Shown here: positions 62,403-63,837 of the stretch, in pieces
Layout: each line of letters opens with the position of its first letter
Numbering within the stretch: the first letter of the stretch is position 1
Assembly (NCBI RefSeq): GCF_035594765.1
Contig: NW_026943825.1
Location: forward strand, 14,190,753 to 14,254,589
Direction of reading: 5' to 3'
Source: Anolis carolinensis
Taxonomy: Eukaryota
Length of the DNA stretch: 63,837 bases
Notes under the pieces: generated by a model
The model's database searches: none
Seen by the model: only the letters and a program-made list of their open reading frames with translations
Told to the model about the DNA's origin: nothing
Made by a program: the position numbers and the translations under genes

Positions 62403-63217
62403 TGTACCAGAAGCTCCAACTTTATTTTCTTTCTGCTAATGTTTGCAGTTATAGGGCAGGCCGCCTGTCCATCATCATTAAGTTTGGTTCCACCCCTTGT
62501 TCAGGGCTCTGGGAGGGAAGGAGCCATTTTTAAGTCAGTCTCACTTAAGGAAGCTAAGCTATAGGACGTAGACCAGCTCATCCCGTAGAAAAGCTTCATA
62601 TTTCAAGAACATCCGGGGATATAGACCATCCAAGGATATAGAACATCCGAGGAATCAGAAACAGAAATTCCAAGGGAAAGGTCCCAAAGGTTCTGGCTAA
62701 GAGCGCACAGCCTCTCAGCCTCACAGCTCCTGAGGGAAACAGCCCTAAAATTTCCAAAAAAAACCTCGGAGAGGGGACAGCATCACAGATCCATGGAATC
62801 CCAGCTGAAACATCTGCAAGCCTTGGTTGGTAGGTCCATTCGATACCCAGACGCATTTGGAATCGGTAGTGGGTCCCACATCAGCTAGGCCCTTATAATA
62901 GACAGCCTGGGAGAGGTTATAAGGGGGTTTTCTTCTTATAGAGAAAGCACAGTTATCCAAAGCCAATTGTCTGTCCCCTGGGGACAAGACTGAAAAGGCC
63001 AACAGTTTATTAAGGAAACCTTGAAGTGTTATTTGACTCCTTGAAGATTTATTATTTGTTCAATAATAAAGACTTTGTTATCTCATTAAAGACTCAAAGG
63101 ACTATCCTTTTCAGGAAAATCCTCAAGAACCTCTCTTTGAGGCGCCCTGGCTTCCCGCTGGGCATAAAGTATATGTCCTATACAAAGACAATAGCTACAA
63201 GCCCAGCGCGTGACAGA
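62403..63217 (+). mobile_element. Probable solo LTR (family 4)
   Basis: Starts TGT; flanked by ACAGC on both sides; AATAAA ~63065; 3' end is GA rather than CA. Confidence 0.6.
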
Positions 63218-63837
63218 ACAGCCATCACCAAAACAACAACTTCCTTGATTTCGTAACATTGAACCACAGCGGTTCAAGCGGTATCAACTTGCATTAATTC
63301 AACAGTGTAAATAAGTGATTCCCAAACTTTTAACTGTCAGGTGTTTTGGACTTCATCTTCCAGAATTCTTGACTATTGCGGGGGCAGAGATCCAAAATTC
63401 CTGAGATCTCAAGTTTGGGACCTACTCCAAGTCTTGTGGGTGCCTATTCCAATGACAAACAGCAGAGGGTGCTTTTAATTCAATGTTGTTCTACTCCAGG
63501 GGTTCTCAAACTTTTAAAGCCGTGGAGTCCTTTTTGAAGGAAAGGTTTCTCATGAAGCCCCAATAAACTTTTGGACACAGGGGCCCTAAGGACTCCGTGG
63601 AGCAGAGTTCGAGAACCATTGCTCTAATCTGATTGTATGATACTAATGGGATTGGCTTGATTTTTCAATTGGAAGTGACCTGGAAGCAGGCACATAGCCA
63701 AAAAAATAAAAAATAAAAAATGGGAGGGGTTGGAATCCCCCCCAGATGATTTTTCAGGCTAGTGTCCCCTGATCTGAAACAAGACCTCAACAAGACCCTG
63801 AAATGACCATCACTGAGAAAAGGTCCTGAATCATTGC

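Overview
Squamate (lizard) genomic DNA. The repeat landscape and gene set point to Anolis, but that is an inference. The window covers part of the Epidermal Differentiation Complex (EDC) at the edge of the corneous beta-protein (CBP, 'beta-keratin') cluster. It holds three single-coding-exon EDC genes on + (EDEPK-like 1396-1848, EDPSQ-like 12966-14861, EDYM2-like 27611-28606). These are followed by four Gly/Tyr/Trp/Cys-rich CBP genes arranged as a large inverted duplication, A(-) B(+) ... B'(-) A'(+). For six of the seven genes I can see the typical TATA / non-coding exon 1 / intron / coding exon 2 layout. The rest is dense with transposons: hAT MITEs with 8-bp TSDs, Tc1/pogo MITEs, Helitrons, solo LTRs with 5-bp TSDs, (TAA)n-associated R4/Dong-type LINEs, BovB/RTE, L2, CR1, Penelope and SINEs. 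There are also mini- and microsatellites and one 140-N gap. Most unusual observations: (1) an LTR family whose U5 end carries a copy-variable array of 'LTR end + tRNA primer-binding-site' units; (2) a fossil EDYM2-type C-terminus in the EDPSQ 3'UTR; (3) a hAT MITE that appears to have carried off flanking DNA matching another site in this window; (4) module swapping among copies of one hAT MITE family. All coordinates were read by eye; TE family names and gene symbols come from recalled motifs, not database searches.
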